IMG/VR virus record: IMGVR_UViG_3300048919_000048
Location: 87,944 to 151,943 of that record
Reading direction: 5' to 3' (one strand)
Length of the DNA: 64,000 nt
Source: a virus
The translations under genes and the position numbers were made by a program. Shown here piece by piece: positions 36,280 through 47,572 of this stretch. Numbering within the stretch: the stretch's first letter is position 1; every line of letters starts with the position of its first letter. The notes below the pieces were generated by a model that was not told the DNA's origin, ran no database searches, and was given only the letters and a program-made list of their open reading frames with translations.

Positions 36280-36757
36280 TAAGGACAAGTGGGTTTCTGG
36301 TTCCAAGAGCATAGCGGCTTACCGCGACCAACTCCTGCTGGAGCAAGGCGGTGTTTGTGCTATCCTTGGGGAGCCTATGACGGACCCATGTTTGGACCAT
36401 GATCACTATGACGGTAAGTGCCGTGGTGTGATTGGTTCCACACTGAACCTGTTTGAAGGCGGAGTCCAGAAGTTATGGGCAAAGCACATGGAAGGTAAAA
36501 CAGGGTTGACAATGAGTGAGACGTTGCGTAGACTGGCAGACTACCTTGAGACTGACCAGACGCACCGTAAGTTCCACGGCGAGATTGTTGCGGATCTTAA
36601 AAAGTCACTCAAGAGGTGGACTAAGGAGACTATCGCCCGTAACGCATACCTGAACTTCGGTATCGTTATCGACGAGAACCTGGACAAGGGCGTGATGATT
36701 ACCATCTACGTTACTGAGTTTGTCCGGAAATTGGAGGAAGACTATCTTTATGAGTAG
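36188..36757 (+). CDS. Endonuclease VII-like
   Basis: QGGVCAIL...CLDHDH..GKCRGV...NLFEG...LADYL. Confidence 0.85.
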   Translation: MAVRPGRRRRSKRPSFTSKVKATTPIRVPLSKDKWVSGSKSIAAYRDQLLLEQGGVCAILGEPMTDPCLDHDHYDGKCRGVIGSTLNLFEGGVQKLWAKHMEGKTGLTMSETLRRLADYLETDQTHRKFHGEIVADLKKSLKRWTKETIARNAYLNFGIVIDENLDKGVMITIYVTEFVRKLEEDYLYE

Positions 36758-36983
36758 CATTGATAGAAGTTTATACGCCGGGTTGGATACCCCATACATT
36801 CGATTCTTCTACCGTAACTGGAGAGGTGAATGCGGTTATCGAACCATCAAGGGTGCCCCGATGTTCTGGTACGGGGAAAGTCAGTACCATAAGGGTGCTC
36901 AGTGGTTCATCAAGGCCCACGATGTTGATAAAGACGACGTTCGTGATTTTGCCCTGGTAGACATTATCGAATTTTGTAAGTAA
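36750..36983 (+). CDS. Stand-alone WYL-like domain protein
   Basis: F.YRNWRGE...R.I...P...QWFIKAHDVDKDDVRDFAL..I. Confidence 0.65.
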   Translation: MSSIDRSLYAGLDTPYIRFFYRNWRGECGYRTIKGAPMFWYGESQYHKGAQWFIKAHDVDKDDVRDFALVDIIEFCK

Positions 36984-36997
36984 TCGGGAGATTAATT

Positions 36998-38080
36998 TTG
37001 GCTAATGTAACTTTCACTGTTGAACAGGTTATGGCTCTGATGAAGGGTGGGTTGTCCCAACGCGAGGTGGCCCGTCAACTGGGCAAGGAATCTCAAGAGT
37101 CAACTGTACGCAACATGCTGAAGCGTGAACTGGAAGCACGTAATCTGGACTCTGTCCAAGAACTGATTGACAGCATCCCAACCCCGGACGAGTATGCTGA
37201 CTTTATGCAGCAAGAGGTTAGCTCCGGAAAAACCGTAGCCGAGATCCAAAAGAGCTTCATCGATCATGTACGTGATAGCAACCCCGGCGCGAAGGTGTTC
37301 TTGGGCGACGTGGAAACATCCCCAAGCATCGCGTATTCCTTTGGTCGCTTCAAGCAATTCATTGCTCCGAAACAGGTGATCATGGAACCGTACATGCTGA
37401 CGTTTGCCGGAAAGTGGCTGCACAACCCGTCGATCTTCAGCCGCAAGCTGACTGACTATCCGGAAGAGTTTAGCCGGGATCACCAGTCTGACCGAAAACT
37501 GATCGAAGACCTCTGGAAAGTGTTGGACGAGTGTGATATCTTCATCGCACACAATGCCCGCTTTGACCGTGGTTGGGCCAACCAGCGTTTCGCATACTAC
37601 GGTATGCAGCCGCCAAGCCCATATATCACGATCGACACCCTTGCGGCGCTGAAGGAGGCGTTCTCTCTTCCTTCAAACGCACTGGAAGCAGCGTGTAACT
37701 ACTTCGAGCTTGACAGCCGTAAGCTGTCTCACGAAGGTTTCGGACTGTGGCGTCGTTGTGTGGAAGGCGATCCTACCGCATTCGACGAGATGGAGGAGTA
37801 CAACATCGGGGACATCCCGACGCTGGAAGAGTTGTACCTGACTGTTCGTCCGTACATGCGTAAGCACCCGAACATCGCCCTGTTCCATCCGGATCAGTCA
37901 GTGATGCGCTGTGTGCGCTGTGGCTCCGACGACCTGGTGGAAGAGAAAGGCAAGTCTGCCCACACCTTCCTGTCCAAGTTCAAGGTGTACCGTTGTCAGG
38001 AGTGCGGATCTTGCGCTCGTGACCGTCAGAACGTTCGTGAGAAGGCAGCGATGAAGAAAACGCTGGCGAACATTCTGTAA
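36998..38080 (+). CDS. DnaQ-like 3'-5' exonuclease with N-terminal HTH and C-terminal Zn ribbon
   Basis: DVETS, HNARFD, YNIGD; LSQREVARQLG; CVRC...CQEC. Confidence 0.8.
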   Translation: MANVTFTVEQVMALMKGGLSQREVARQLGKESQESTVRNMLKRELEARNLDSVQELIDSIPTPDEYADFMQQEVSSGKTVAEIQKSFIDHVRDSNPGAKVFLGDVETSPSIAYSFGRFKQFIAPKQVIMEPYMLTFAGKWLHNPSIFSRKLTDYPEEFSRDHQSDRKLIEDLWKVLDECDIFIAHNARFDRGWANQRFAYYGMQPPSPYITIDTLAALKEAFSLPSNALEAACNYFELDSRKLSHEGFGLWRRCVEGDPTAFDEMEEYNIGDIPTLEELYLTVRPYMRKHPNIALFHPDQSVMRCVRCGSDDLVEEKGKSAHTFLSKFKVYRCQECGSCARDRQNVREKAAMKKTLANIL

Positions 38081-38084
38081 TCAA

Positions 38085-38112
38085 AGCCGCCCTTCGGGGC
38101 GGTTTTTCTTTT
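38085..38112 (+). terminator. Rho-independent terminator
   Basis: GCCGCCC-ttcg-GGGCGGT + T tract. Confidence 0.85.
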
Positions 38113-38429
38113 GGCGAGGGGAATATGTATATTACGGCAGAAATGAAAGCGGCTCTTGACAAAAAGCAGTCCCATCGGGATAATGGTGACCAGTTCAAGT
38201 ACCGTCTTTTCTATGATCCTACCTCATACTTCTTTAAGTACAAGGTTCAGGAGTTCAGGTATGTTGAGAGTGAGCCTTATGTGGGGAGACCGCTTCACAA
38301 AAAAGGATGGAAAACTCTCCGCCAGTTCGCCAGTGAGGGTAAGGCTCGGGCGGTAATTGATGAGCTTGAGCGTATTAACGGTTATTTGGCTAAAAAGCCG
38401 TCTTGGTACAAAGAGGAGTTTGAGCAATA

Positions 38430-39086
38430 ATGATCCTGATTAATCTGAATGCCCCGGCGGGCGCTGGAAAAGATGCCCTGTGCGCCGAAATCGAGCAGTA
38501 TGTGAATACCCCGGGATACGAAGTGATCCACATGGAATTCAAAGAACTGCTGTTCGACATCGCCATCCGAGCATCCGGCGTCAGCCGTAAGCTGTGGTTT
38601 GCACTGTATGAGCGCGAGTACAAGGAAAAGCCTTGCCCTTACCTGCAAATCAATGGTGTTAACGTGAGTCCACGTGACTGGATGATCCACTGCTCCGAAA
38701 ACATCATGAAGCCGACATTCGGCAACGATGTGTTTGGGAAGGCATTTGCCGCCAAGCTGAAAAAGCTGAAGGAAGAGACTCCGAAGGGGATTAAGCGTAT
38801 TGTGGTGGTTAGCGATGGCGGGTTCATCGAAGAGTCCATTCCGGTTGTTGAAGTGGTTGGCCCGGACAATTATTTCCTGTGCCGAATCCACCGACTGAAA
38901 CCAGATGGGACGGAATATAACTTCGACGGTGACTCTCGCAGATACATCAGCGCGGATGAGTTCCCGGCGGATCTCCGTCCGTATGAAACGGACATTCTGA
39001 ACGAAGAGGGTGACCTGATCGGAACGGTGGTCAAGATCTTTGACTTTGTACAAGACATTAAAGGAGTTGGATTGAATGGCGCATAA
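38430..39086 (+). CDS. Deoxynucleoside monophosphate kinase
   Basis: P-loop APAGAGKD, SPRDWMI..SE, VSDGGF..E. Confidence 0.75.
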   Translation: MILINLNAPAGAGKDALCAEIEQYVNTPGYEVIHMEFKELLFDIAIRASGVSRKLWFALYEREYKEKPCPYLQINGVNVSPRDWMIHCSENIMKPTFGNDVFGKAFAAKLKKLKEETPKGIKRIVVVSDGGFIEESIPVVEVVGPDNYFLCRIHRLKPDGTEYNFDGDSRRYISADEFPADLRPYETDILNEEGDLIGTVVKIFDFVQDIKGVGLNGA

Positions 39087-39687
39087 TAAAACCCCGATCC
39101 TGATCGATGTGGACCTGACTTTCGTAGACTCCGGCTGGCCTTGGTTGGAATGGATGGAAAATGTGTACCAGATCCCTGCTGATCGCCTGTTAATGGAGAA
39201 CGACCACAAGGAACATGGCCTTTTCAACTACAACCTGTCGAAATATTTCCCGACTCGTTGCAAAGAGGCTATTGCCCCATACGAGTTTTGGGAAGACCCG
39301 CACCTGTATGACAAAATGGTTCCTCGTGAAGGTGCTGTGGAGGCCGTCCGTCGTCTGCACGAAGCCGGGCACCCGATCCGCTTTGTGTCTTACTGCAAAA
39401 AGGGACACTTCAGCAGCAAGGTCCGCTTCCTGAAGCGCCACTGCCCATTCTTGGATTTGGACAACGGCACGGATGGTAGCGGGTTCTATGCGACCAAGGT
39501 GAAGGCTGGTGTAGCGGGTGGGGTTATCATTGATGATCGTAACCAGTTCCTCAATCAGTTCCCGGATGACGTGATTAAGGTTAAATTTAACACGCCGTTC
39601 ACTCAAGACGAGGAGCCTCGTACCCAGTACGACCTTACCTCCAACGACTGGAACGTGATTGCCGAGTGGCTCTTGGAAACACTGTAA
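39076..39687 (+). CDS. HAD 5'(3')-deoxyribonucleotidase
   Basis: DVDLT, IIDD HAD motifs. Confidence 0.8.
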   Translation: MAHNKTPILIDVDLTFVDSGWPWLEWMENVYQIPADRLLMENDHKEHGLFNYNLSKYFPTRCKEAIAPYEFWEDPHLYDKMVPREGAVEAVRRLHEAGHPIRFVSYCKKGHFSSKVRFLKRHCPFLDLDNGTDGSGFYATKVKAGVAGGVIIDDRNQFLNQFPDDVIKVKFNTPFTQDEEPRTQYDLTSNDWNVIAEWLLETL

Positions 39688-39883
39688 TGCGGTGTGGTAA
39701 AGGCAGGTATGTTGTCCGGTACGGGGAGCATATCGAGGTTAGATCGGAGCAGGGAGACCTGCTCACTTCTTTCCGGGTGACGAAGGACATGTGCAAAGAA
39801 ATGCTTGACCTGTACCTCGCCGTCCGGCACAATGTTGTTGTTCCTTACCGTTTGCGTAAGTTGAAGTAATTAGAGGAGATTTT

Positions 39884-40966
39884 ATGGGTCAGGTATTTAG
39901 CAAGGGAAACATCGAAGTTCAGATCATTGCGGATTCGGTGGGGCAGCGCAGCGGGCGTATCACGACGTTTGAACTGACGTACCCCCGTATCATCCACAGT
40001 GAGTTTATGACTCACCGACTGTTCAGCCGCAACGCGATGTCATCCCGCGCCGTGCCGATCAAGAAGATGGTTGAATTGATCCGTACCAACATGGCAATGC
40101 CTGTCCGATTCGGCTCAAACCAACCCGGGATGCAGGACAAAGGCGTCGAGCACGACGGTCAGGTTTGGTACGGTTGGACCGAAGACGAAGACGGCTCTAT
40201 GAAAGAACTGTACTGTACCGGGAGAGAGGCATGGCACCGTGCAGCAGAAGAAGCCTGCCGATGGGCAGAGCGTTTTGACGAAGCAGGGTATCACAAGCAG
40301 ATCGCCAATCGTCTGATTGAACCATTCCAGATGATGAAGACGGTCATGACCACAACGGAGATGGAAAACTTCCTGTGGCTGCGTGTCGATGCTGACGCTG
40401 ACCCGACGATCGAAGTGCTGGCAAACCTCATGAAAGAGGCGCTGGAAAACTCTGAACCTGAGTGGCTTCAGCCTGGCGTATGGCACACACCGTATGTTGA
40501 CCACGTTTACGGCTTCGGGCCGGAGGGCGACGCACACATCTTTGAAGGTTACTGCGTTCTGGACGAGAATGATCGCCCGGTAATGCTGACAGAGGAAGAG
40601 GCGCTACGCATCTCTGCCTCTTGCTGTGGTCAGGTTAGCTATCGCCGTCTGGATAGCACCAAGGACAAGGCTCTGGATATCTACACCCGCCTTGTGGCTG
40701 GCAAGAAGGTCCATGCATCTCCCTTCGAGCACCAGGCGAAAGAGATTGCGGCGGAGTACCACCGCACCAATGATTACGGGGAGGTTCTGTGGTCTATTAA
40801 CCACCCAACCAATTTCCGGTCTTGGGAGAAGGGTATCACCCACGTTGATCGTGACGGTAACTTCTGGAGCGGAAACTTCAAGGGATTCATTCAGCACAGA
40901 CAGCTTATCCCAGGTCATGTCAAGAACTGGGCTGAAGGGATACGAAGGGCCGTGGGGGTTCAGTGA
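39884..40966 (+). CDS. thyX: Flavin-dependent thymidylate synthase
   Basis: EFMTHRLFSRNAMSSRA, HKQIANRLIEP, HASPFEH. Confidence 0.9.
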   Translation: MGQVFSKGNIEVQIIADSVGQRSGRITTFELTYPRIIHSEFMTHRLFSRNAMSSRAVPIKKMVELIRTNMAMPVRFGSNQPGMQDKGVEHDGQVWYGWTEDEDGSMKELYCTGREAWHRAAEEACRWAERFDEAGYHKQIANRLIEPFQMMKTVMTTTEMENFLWLRVDADADPTIEVLANLMKEALENSEPEWLQPGVWHTPYVDHVYGFGPEGDAHIFEGYCVLDENDRPVMLTEEEALRISASCCGQVSYRRLDSTKDKALDIYTRLVAGKKVHASPFEHQAKEIAAEYHRTNDYGEVLWSINHPTNFRSWEKGITHVDRDGNFWSGNFKGFIQHRQLIPGHVKNWAEGIRRAVGVQ

Positions 40967-41058
40967 CTGGAAGATATGTGTTGACAAAGAAGTAACCTTA
41001 CCCTATTCTGTTATGACCGGGGCATTGACCCCGGGATTTTGTGTACGAGGAGATGTAG

Positions 41059-41553
41059 ATGGCTTTTGGAAAGAATGTGAAATATGGCTCTGTGACTCTG
41101 GACTTCATCCTGGCCTGTGCGAAGATCCTTGATTTAAACCCGAAGGACGACAAGACTCTGCGTATCGTTCTGCACCGAATCGGATTCCAAGTCTCCGTCC
41201 TGAACGAAGAGACTGGCGAGTACGTTCCGTGCAAGATTGACCGCATGAATAACGTCAACGTCCGTTGTGCTGACAAGCCTTATATGTTCCGCAAAACCAC
41301 CGTTTTTTCTGGTCGCCTGCGTGATGAACGTGACTTCCCGTTTGTGGGAATTTATGATAAAGTGGATGTCCTCGACGTGGATAGTGCGATCGGCGCTGCC
41401 ATGGTAAACTCGCTGTCTTTTGACATTCCCTCTGTGGAAAAGGTCAACACCCGCAAGTATACCAAACGTGAGGATCGTAGCGACGTTGTTGTCATGGACC
41501 TCCCAGAGTTCGGTGACACGGATGACATCTTTAATCTGGTGAAAGGAGCGTAA
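41059..41553 (+). CDS. Hypothetical protein
   Basis: Follows TTGACA-17-TATTCT (40981); AGGAG RBS. Confidence 0.65.
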   Translation: MAFGKNVKYGSVTLDFILACAKILDLNPKDDKTLRIVLHRIGFQVSVLNEETGEYVPCKIDRMNNVNVRCADKPYMFRKTTVFSGRLRDERDFPFVGIYDKVDVLDVDSAIGAAMVNSLSFDIPSVEKVNTRKYTKREDRSDVVVMDLPEFGDTDDIFNLVKGA

Positions 41554-41806
41554 TCATGACTAAAAAGAACAATGCTGTTCCGGACGAGCAGACCAAGTGG
41601 TTCAAACGTGGCTTCCAAAGCAAAGCCGAGTACATTGGCTGGTTGCAGTTCAACGATCTGTGTGACGAGTCGATGGGTTACGATGATACATACCACGACC
41701 CGTACTCCGGTAAAACGATCCGTCTCGGTGCGGCTTCCGAGGAAGATGTTGAGCAGTATGAAGTAAAACAGCCTGAAGCTAAGTAATTCATAATAAGGAG
41801 ATTCGC

Positions 41807-44065
41807 TTGACCAGCATTAATGTTGTAAAAAATTCCGGCGAAACGGAGAAGTTCGACGCCGAGAAGGCTAACCGTGTGGTAGAGTGGGCCTGTGAAGGTC
41901 TCGATGTGAGTGCATCAGAGATCTTGATGAAAGCACAGATCCAGATGTTCGACGGCGTAACAACCCGGGCAATTCATGACACCCTGATCAAAGCCGCTTC
42001 AGACCTGATCAGTGTCCAGAACCCGGATTATCAGTATGCCGCTGCACGACTGCTGCTGTTCAAGATCCGAAAAGAGGCGTATGGTGACTTCAAGCCATTC
42101 AGCCTGTTCGAGCAGATTTATCTGAACGTTGGGAATGGGAAGTATGACCGTCACCTGCTGGAAGACTACAGCCGTGACGAAATCGACTTCCTTGACGGAA
42201 AGATCGTACACGATCGTGACTTCGACTACACTTATGCAGCAATGCGTCAGTACGAAGACAAGTATCTGGTCAAGAACCGTGTCTCCGGGGAGATTTACGA
42301 ATCCCCACAGATGGCACTGATGCTTATTGCGATGGGCCTGCTGTCCAAGGAGGACAAGGCCACTCGTCTGGAGCGTATCGTTGACCTGTACGAGAATGTG
42401 TCTCTGATGAAGGTGTCTCTGCCGACACCGATCATGGCGGGTGTTCGTACCCCGACACGCCAGTTCAGTTCTTGCGTATTGATCGAGTCCGGCGATGATA
42501 TCGACCAGATCTTCAACGCACTGACGGCGCAAGGTAAATACGCTGCCCAGCGAGCAGGGATCGGCCTTAACTTTGGCATGATTCGTGGTCAGGACGCACC
42601 AATCCGTGGCGGAGAGGTGAAACACGCAGGGACTGTGCCGATCGTCCGTTCTTACCAAGAAGGTCTTGGGTGGACATCTCAGGGCGGTGTACGTAAGGCT
42701 TCGGCTACTTACTTCTACCCGATGTGGCACTGGGATTTCGAAAATCTGATCGTGATGAAGAACAACCGTGGTACAGAGAGCACTCGTGCTCGTCACGTTG
42801 ACTATGGTCTGCAAATCAACAAAATGCTGTATGCACGTCTGCAACATGGGCGAAATATCACCCTGTTCCATCCTAACGTTGCAGGTGGCAAGCTGTACGA
42901 GTATTTCTTCTCCGATCAGAAGAAATTTGAAGAGTTGTACGAGAAGTTGGAAGCCGATCCGGAAGTGGCTAAGAAAACCATCTCCGCAGCGGAAGCCTTC
43001 TCCGTGGCTATGCAGGAGCGCAGTCAGACAGGACGCATCTACATTCAACACGTTGACCACTGCAACACCAACAGCCCGTTCAATCCAGAACTGGCCCCAG
43101 TGAAACAGTCCAACCTGTGCATGGAGATTGCCCTGCCTACTCACGCGATCAATGACCTCAAAGACCCTGAGGACGACGGGGAGATCGCACTCTGTACGCT
43201 GTCTGCAATTAACCTTGGCAAGGTTGAGAGTCTGGAAGACCTTCGTGGCCCGGTCCGCACCTTGGTGCGCTCACTTGACCGCCTGTTGGACTACCAGAAC
43301 TACCCGGTGCTGGCGGCAGAGAAGACTAAGGATCGTCGAACGTTGGGTATTGGCTGGACCAACCTTGCGTATTACCTGGCGAAGCGTGGGCTGAAGTACA
43401 GTGATCCTCGTGCTGCAAATGCGGTTCACGAACTGGCAGAAGCATTCCAGTTCTACCTGCTGGAAGCGTCGATGGATTTGGCGAAGGAACTTGGGAAGTG
43501 TAAGTTGTATGACCAAACCTCATACTCCCAAGGCATTCTGCCTATTGACCGTTACAAAAAGGAAGTGGATAATCTCCACACTGCTGAACTGAAGATGGAT
43601 TGGGAATGGCTCCGCTCTCAAATCGCTATTCATGGTCTGCGTAACTCTACGCTGTCAACCATGATGCCGTGTGAGACATCAAGTCAGATCACCAACTCAA
43701 CGAACGGGTTCGAGCCGCCTCGTGATGCGATTTCCTTCAAGAAGTCCGCTGCGGGTATGCTCCCAGTGTTGGTCCCGGGCGTTGGTGACCCAAGTGTGGT
43801 GTACGAGTACAAGTGGGACATGGAATCCCCTCTCCCTTATCTGGGACTCGTGGCTATCATGCAGAAGTTTATCGACCAGTCAGCTTCTGCCAACACGTTC
43901 TACAAGCCTTGGAGCTTCCCAGACGGTAAGCTGCCAATCAAGGTTGTCATTCGTGACATCATGTGGGCGTACAAGCACGGCCTGAAGACTCTGTACTACC
44001 AAGAGACTAAGGACGGCAACGATCAGGAAGATGATGGTTGCGGAAGTGGTGCATGTAAACTGTAA
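41807..44065 (+). CDS. nrdA: Ribonucleotide reductase class Ia alpha subunit
   Basis: ATP cone, SLPTP..AG.RTPTRQFSSC, QSNLCMEI, TLYY, C-terminal CGSGAC. Confidence 0.97.
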   Translation: MTSINVVKNSGETEKFDAEKANRVVEWACEGLDVSASEILMKAQIQMFDGVTTRAIHDTLIKAASDLISVQNPDYQYAAARLLLFKIRKEAYGDFKPFSLFEQIYLNVGNGKYDRHLLEDYSRDEIDFLDGKIVHDRDFDYTYAAMRQYEDKYLVKNRVSGEIYESPQMALMLIAMGLLSKEDKATRLERIVDLYENVSLMKVSLPTPIMAGVRTPTRQFSSCVLIESGDDIDQIFNALTAQGKYAAQRAGIGLNFGMIRGQDAPIRGGEVKHAGTVPIVRSYQEGLGWTSQGGVRKASATYFYPMWHWDFENLIVMKNNRGTESTRARHVDYGLQINKMLYARLQHGRNITLFHPNVAGGKLYEYFFSDQKKFEELYEKLEADPEVAKKTISAAEAFSVAMQERSQTGRIYIQHVDHCNTNSPFNPELAPVKQSNLCMEIALPTHAINDLKDPEDDGEIALCTLSAINLGKVESLEDLRGPVRTLVRSLDRLLDYQNYPVLAAEKTKDRRTLGIGWTNLAYYLAKRGLKYSDPRAANAVHELAEAFQFYLLEASMDLAKELGKCKLYDQTSYSQGILPIDRYKKEVDNLHTAELKMDWEWLRSQIAIHGLRNSTLSTMMPCETSSQITNSTNGFEPPRDAISFKKSAAGMLPVLVPGVGDPSVVYEYKWDMESPLPYLGLVAIMQKFIDQSASANTFYKPWSFPDGKLPIKVVIRDIMWAYKHGLKTLYYQETKDGNDQEDDGCGSGACKL

Positions 44066-44163
44066 GTAAACCGCCCTTCGGGGCGGTTTTTCTGTCTTAG
44101 GGTATTGACACTCGGTCCGTCATCCGTATAATGGACCATAAGTTTAGAGAAAAGGAGAAAACA

Positions 44164-45261
44164 ATGTCTTACAGCACGTTTAACCAGAACAAGTTCGACT
44201 TTCTGACTCAGCCGATGTTCCTCGGCGAGACTCCGAACGTTTCTCGTTATGACCAGCAAAAACACGCCAAGTTCGAAAAGCTGATCGAAAAGCAACTGGC
44301 ATTCTTCTGGCGTCCGGAAGAGGTGAACGTAACCCGTGATCGAATTGACTATATGAATCTGCCGGATCACGAGAAGCACATCTTCATCAGCAACCTGAAG
44401 TATCAGACCCTTCTGGACTCTGTACAGGGCCGTGGTCCGAACGCAGTTCTTCTGCCGATCGTGTCAGACACGACCTTGGAAACGTGGATCGAGACTTGGG
44501 CGTTTAGTGAGACTATCCACTCTCGCTCATACACCCACATTATTCGCAACATCATAGCGGACCCTTCAATCGTCTTTGACGACATCATGAAGTCTCCGGA
44601 GATTATCGCCCGCGCCGAAGCTGTGACGAAGATGTATGACGACCTGTACGTGTTGAACTGCCGTAAGGCCCTGAACCTCCCGGTTGACCCGTACACCCAC
44701 GCCCGTGCGCTGTACCTGTGCCTGCACAACATCAACGCACTGGAGGCGATCCGCTTCTACGTGAGCTTCGCCTGCTCCTTCGCCTTCGGCGAGCGCGGGG
44801 TGATGCTGGGCAATACCAACATCATCGAGTTAATTGCTCGTGATGAAGCCTTGCATTTGTCAGGAACTCAGTATATTCTGAGAGAAATGCAAAATGGTAA
44901 CGAAGGGGACCTGTTTGCTCGTGTGGCAGAGGATTGCTACGAGGAAGCACGACAGGGCTTTATCGACGCTTCTGTGCAGGAGAAAGATTGGGGTAGCTTC
45001 CTGTTCAAAGACGGTTCAATGATCGGTCTGAACAAAGGTATGCTGGACGGATACATCGACTACATCACCGACCAGCGTATGCGAGCAGTTGGCCTGGGGG
45101 AACTGATCGGTAAGCCGACTAAGAACCCGATCCCTTGGATCAATAGTCACCTGAGCACCAGTAATGTGCAGGTAACACCACAGGAAACTGAGAACGGGCA
45201 ATACCTGTCCGGTCAGGTTGATTCTTCAATGTCTGCGGATGACTTCCGCATGGAACTCTAA
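44164..45261 (+). CDS. nrdB: Ribonucleotide reductase beta subunit
   Basis: [32 protein letters not shown]. Confidence 0.97.
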   Translation: MSYSTFNQNKFDFLTQPMFLGETPNVSRYDQQKHAKFEKLIEKQLAFFWRPEEVNVTRDRIDYMNLPDHEKHIFISNLKYQTLLDSVQGRGPNAVLLPIVSDTTLETWIETWAFSETIHSRSYTHIIRNIIADPSIVFDDIMKSPEIIARAEAVTKMYDDLYVLNCRKALNLPVDPYTHARALYLCLHNINALEAIRFYVSFACSFAFGERGVMLGNTNIIELIARDEALHLSGTQYILREMQNGNEGDLFARVAEDCYEEARQGFIDASVQEKDWGSFLFKDGSMIGLNKGMLDGYIDYITDQRMRAVGLGELIGKPTKNPIPWINSHLSTSNVQVTPQETENGQYLSGQVDSSMSADDFRMEL

Positions 45262-45491
45262 GGGGGTTTTATGGCAAAGTTGAAATGTTTGACCGTCGGT
45301 AAGCGATATGGTGAATTCTTCACCGTGGGAAAGGTTTACGGGGCGGATCTGGAATATGGAGTGGCTGATAACCATTCTTTTGACGACACCGACCACAACT
45401 GGGAGCTTGAGCCTGACGGAATCACCGTCCGGGAGACCTGTTGTGATGAAGACAGCGCCATCGTGGCTACCTTTGAAGTGGTGGAGGAGTA

Positions 45492-45773
45492 ATGTACTTT
45501 ACAGTCTTCGGTAAGGAAAACTGCCCGTACTGCGTGCGGGCGAAGGAACTCCTCCAGTCAAAAATGGCGGAGTTTACATACAAGGATGTGTTGGAGGACG
45601 AAGTGTTCTTCATGCAAATGAACGCTTGGGTAAAAGATGCGACGGGACGACCTGCTTCTACCGTGCCGCAGATTTTCCTTGACGATCAGTACATCGGTGG
45701 GTACACTGATTTAGTTGAGCATTTCAACAAGCCGGAAGAAATCAATCCTTCCGACTATTTTGGCGAACTGTAG
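45492..45773 (+). CDS. Glutaredoxin
   Basis: CPYC, TVPQIF, IGGY. Confidence 0.93.
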   Translation: MYFTVFGKENCPYCVRAKELLQSKMAEFTYKDVLEDEVFFMQMNAWVKDATGRPASTVPQIFLDDQYIGGYTDLVEHFNKPEEINPSDYFGEL

Positions 45774-46196
45774 GAGAAGGGAATGGAGACAAGCACCATT
45801 GTTTCACCAGAAGATGCACATCTGAGCATCGTTCATAGCGTGGCTACTCGCCTTGCCGACATGAACATCGAACCACAGATCGAGGTGGCCTACAGTACAC
45901 TGGAGTTCCTCCAGGATATTGAGGATAAAACTGCCGACGATCTGCGCCGCATCAAGGAACAAGAAAAGCTGGTAGACATGCTCTCTGGCAACGATTATCG
46001 AAATCGTCTCCGGAATCTGTTTACTGAGCATCTGTCCAAGCTGGCTCCGGTTCACCTGAAGCAGTATCATTCCGATCTTCTGTATCAGGATGCCATTGAG
46101 CAGATGAACACAGAGATCATCCCGGCGCTTGAGGAAGCGCAGCAGGAGCTTCTTTATGGCGTAGTAAGTAAGCCAACCCTGCAATAAGGAGTTGTA

Positions 46197-46790
46197 GTGC
46201 CAGAACGCTTTAGTAAAGAGGGCATTATCCGTGCCAAGGTGAACATCGAGGCCGGATATGTCAACAACAAGAACGACCTGGGTGGTGAGACCAATCATGG
46301 GATCACTATTGCAACCGCCCGGGAGTTCGGTTACAAAGGTGCGATGAAGGACTTAACAGTTGCCCAAGCCTTGGACATTTATGACCGGGGTTGGTGGCAG
46401 CGTATGTGGTTGGACGATATCTTGGCTATCAGCCCGGCTATCGCTGACCGCATGTTTGACTTCGGGATTAACTCCGGACGTGCAAACGCAGTTAAAACCC
46501 TCCAACGTATGTTGAACGTATTGAATCGCCAAGGTAAACTCTACGGGGATATCGAGCCAGATGGTGGCATGGGTAAAAACACCCTCGCAGCACTGAAGGC
46601 ATTCCAGAAGGCGCGTGGAGACAAGGGAGTAAATATCCTTGCCTTCGCACTGACCTGCCACCAGGTGTCTTATTACACGGACATCAGTGAGAAGCGTCAG
46701 GCCAACGAGGAGTTCACCTACGGGTGGTACGATCGTGTGTTCCGGGAGATGCCGGAGTACAACGTTGAACTGGGCCTTTGCCAGAAGTAA
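46197..46790 (+). CDS. Endolysin, GH108 family
   Basis: EAGYVN..NDLGGETNHGIT, FDFGINSG, F.YGW..R. Confidence 0.88.
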   Translation: MPERFSKEGIIRAKVNIEAGYVNNKNDLGGETNHGITIATAREFGYKGAMKDLTVAQALDIYDRGWWQRMWLDDILAISPAIADRMFDFGINSGRANAVKTLQRMLNVLNRQGKLYGDIEPDGGMGKNTLAALKAFQKARGDKGVNILAFALTCHQVSYYTDISEKRQANEEFTYGWYDRVFREMPEYNVELGLCQK

Positions 46791-46834
46791 CTGACGGCCC
46801 CCGCCGGGGGCCATAAACAGCTTTGGGAGGTACT

Positions 46835-47572
46835 ATGCGTCATAGCAATCGTCAGGCACGTCAGGATCGTCGTAAGGATAAATTTTCAGCGGGTCGCCAG
46901 GTGACACCGAAGGCGGAGCCGGAACTGAAAAAGCCGATCACACCAAAGGGTCGGTTCCAAAAGGATCTTCTCAACGCCATTCACCAGCATCAGGCCGTTT
47001 TTGTTAACGCGCCCGCCGGGACTGGTAAGACGTTTGTAGTGATGAGTACCGCTATCGACTGGTTGAAGCAAGGCAAGATCGATAAAATCATTCTTTCCCG
47101 CCCAACAGTGGGGATGGGTAACAGTATCGGCCTCCTGCCCGGGACTATCCGGGAGAAGTTTGAGCCGTTCTTGGCAGCGCTGGTTCAGGTTGTCAAGGAT
47201 CGCTACGGTCACGGCTTCTATGAAACGCAGTTGGGTTGTGGTAACATTGAGTTCGTTCCGCTGGAATACGTTCGTGGTCGTTCTTTCGAGAACGCTGTGG
47301 TTATCGTCGATGAGTTCCAAAACACCGACATTGAAACAGCGTATACGATCATGACTCGTACCGGGGAAGGCTCTAAGCTGTATTGCTTGGGTGATATTTC
47401 CCAGAACGATATGAAGAGTCGTGAGACTGGTCTTAACTGGGCAATTGAGTTCATTGATCGACACGAACTGTTCGACTTTGCTGACTACGTGGAAGGGACG
47501 AGCGACGATATCGTTCGAAGCGACCTGTGTAAGGCAGTCGTCAAGGCTCGTGAGAAAGACCTGGAGGGTTAA
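46835..47572 (+). CDS. phoH: PhoH-like ATPase
   Basis: PAGTGKT, RGRSF, DEFQN, GDISQ.D, DIVRS. Confidence 0.92.
   Translation: MRHSNRQARQDRRKDKFSAGRQVTPKAEPELKKPITPKGRFQKDLLNAIHQHQAVFVNAPAGTGKTFVVMSTAIDWLKQGKIDKIILSRPTVGMGNSIGLLPGTIREKFEPFLAALVQVVKDRYGHGFYETQLGCGNIEFVPLEYVRGRSFENAVVIVDEFQNTDIETAYTIMTRTGEGSKLYCLGDISQNDMKSRETGLNWAIEFIDRHELFDFADYVEGTSDDIVRSDLCKAVVKAREKDLEG

Noticed and set aside
12339-45261. Introns/inteins in terL, nrdA, nrdB, thyX
   Set aside because: ORFs are continuous and of normal length with no intein motifs.
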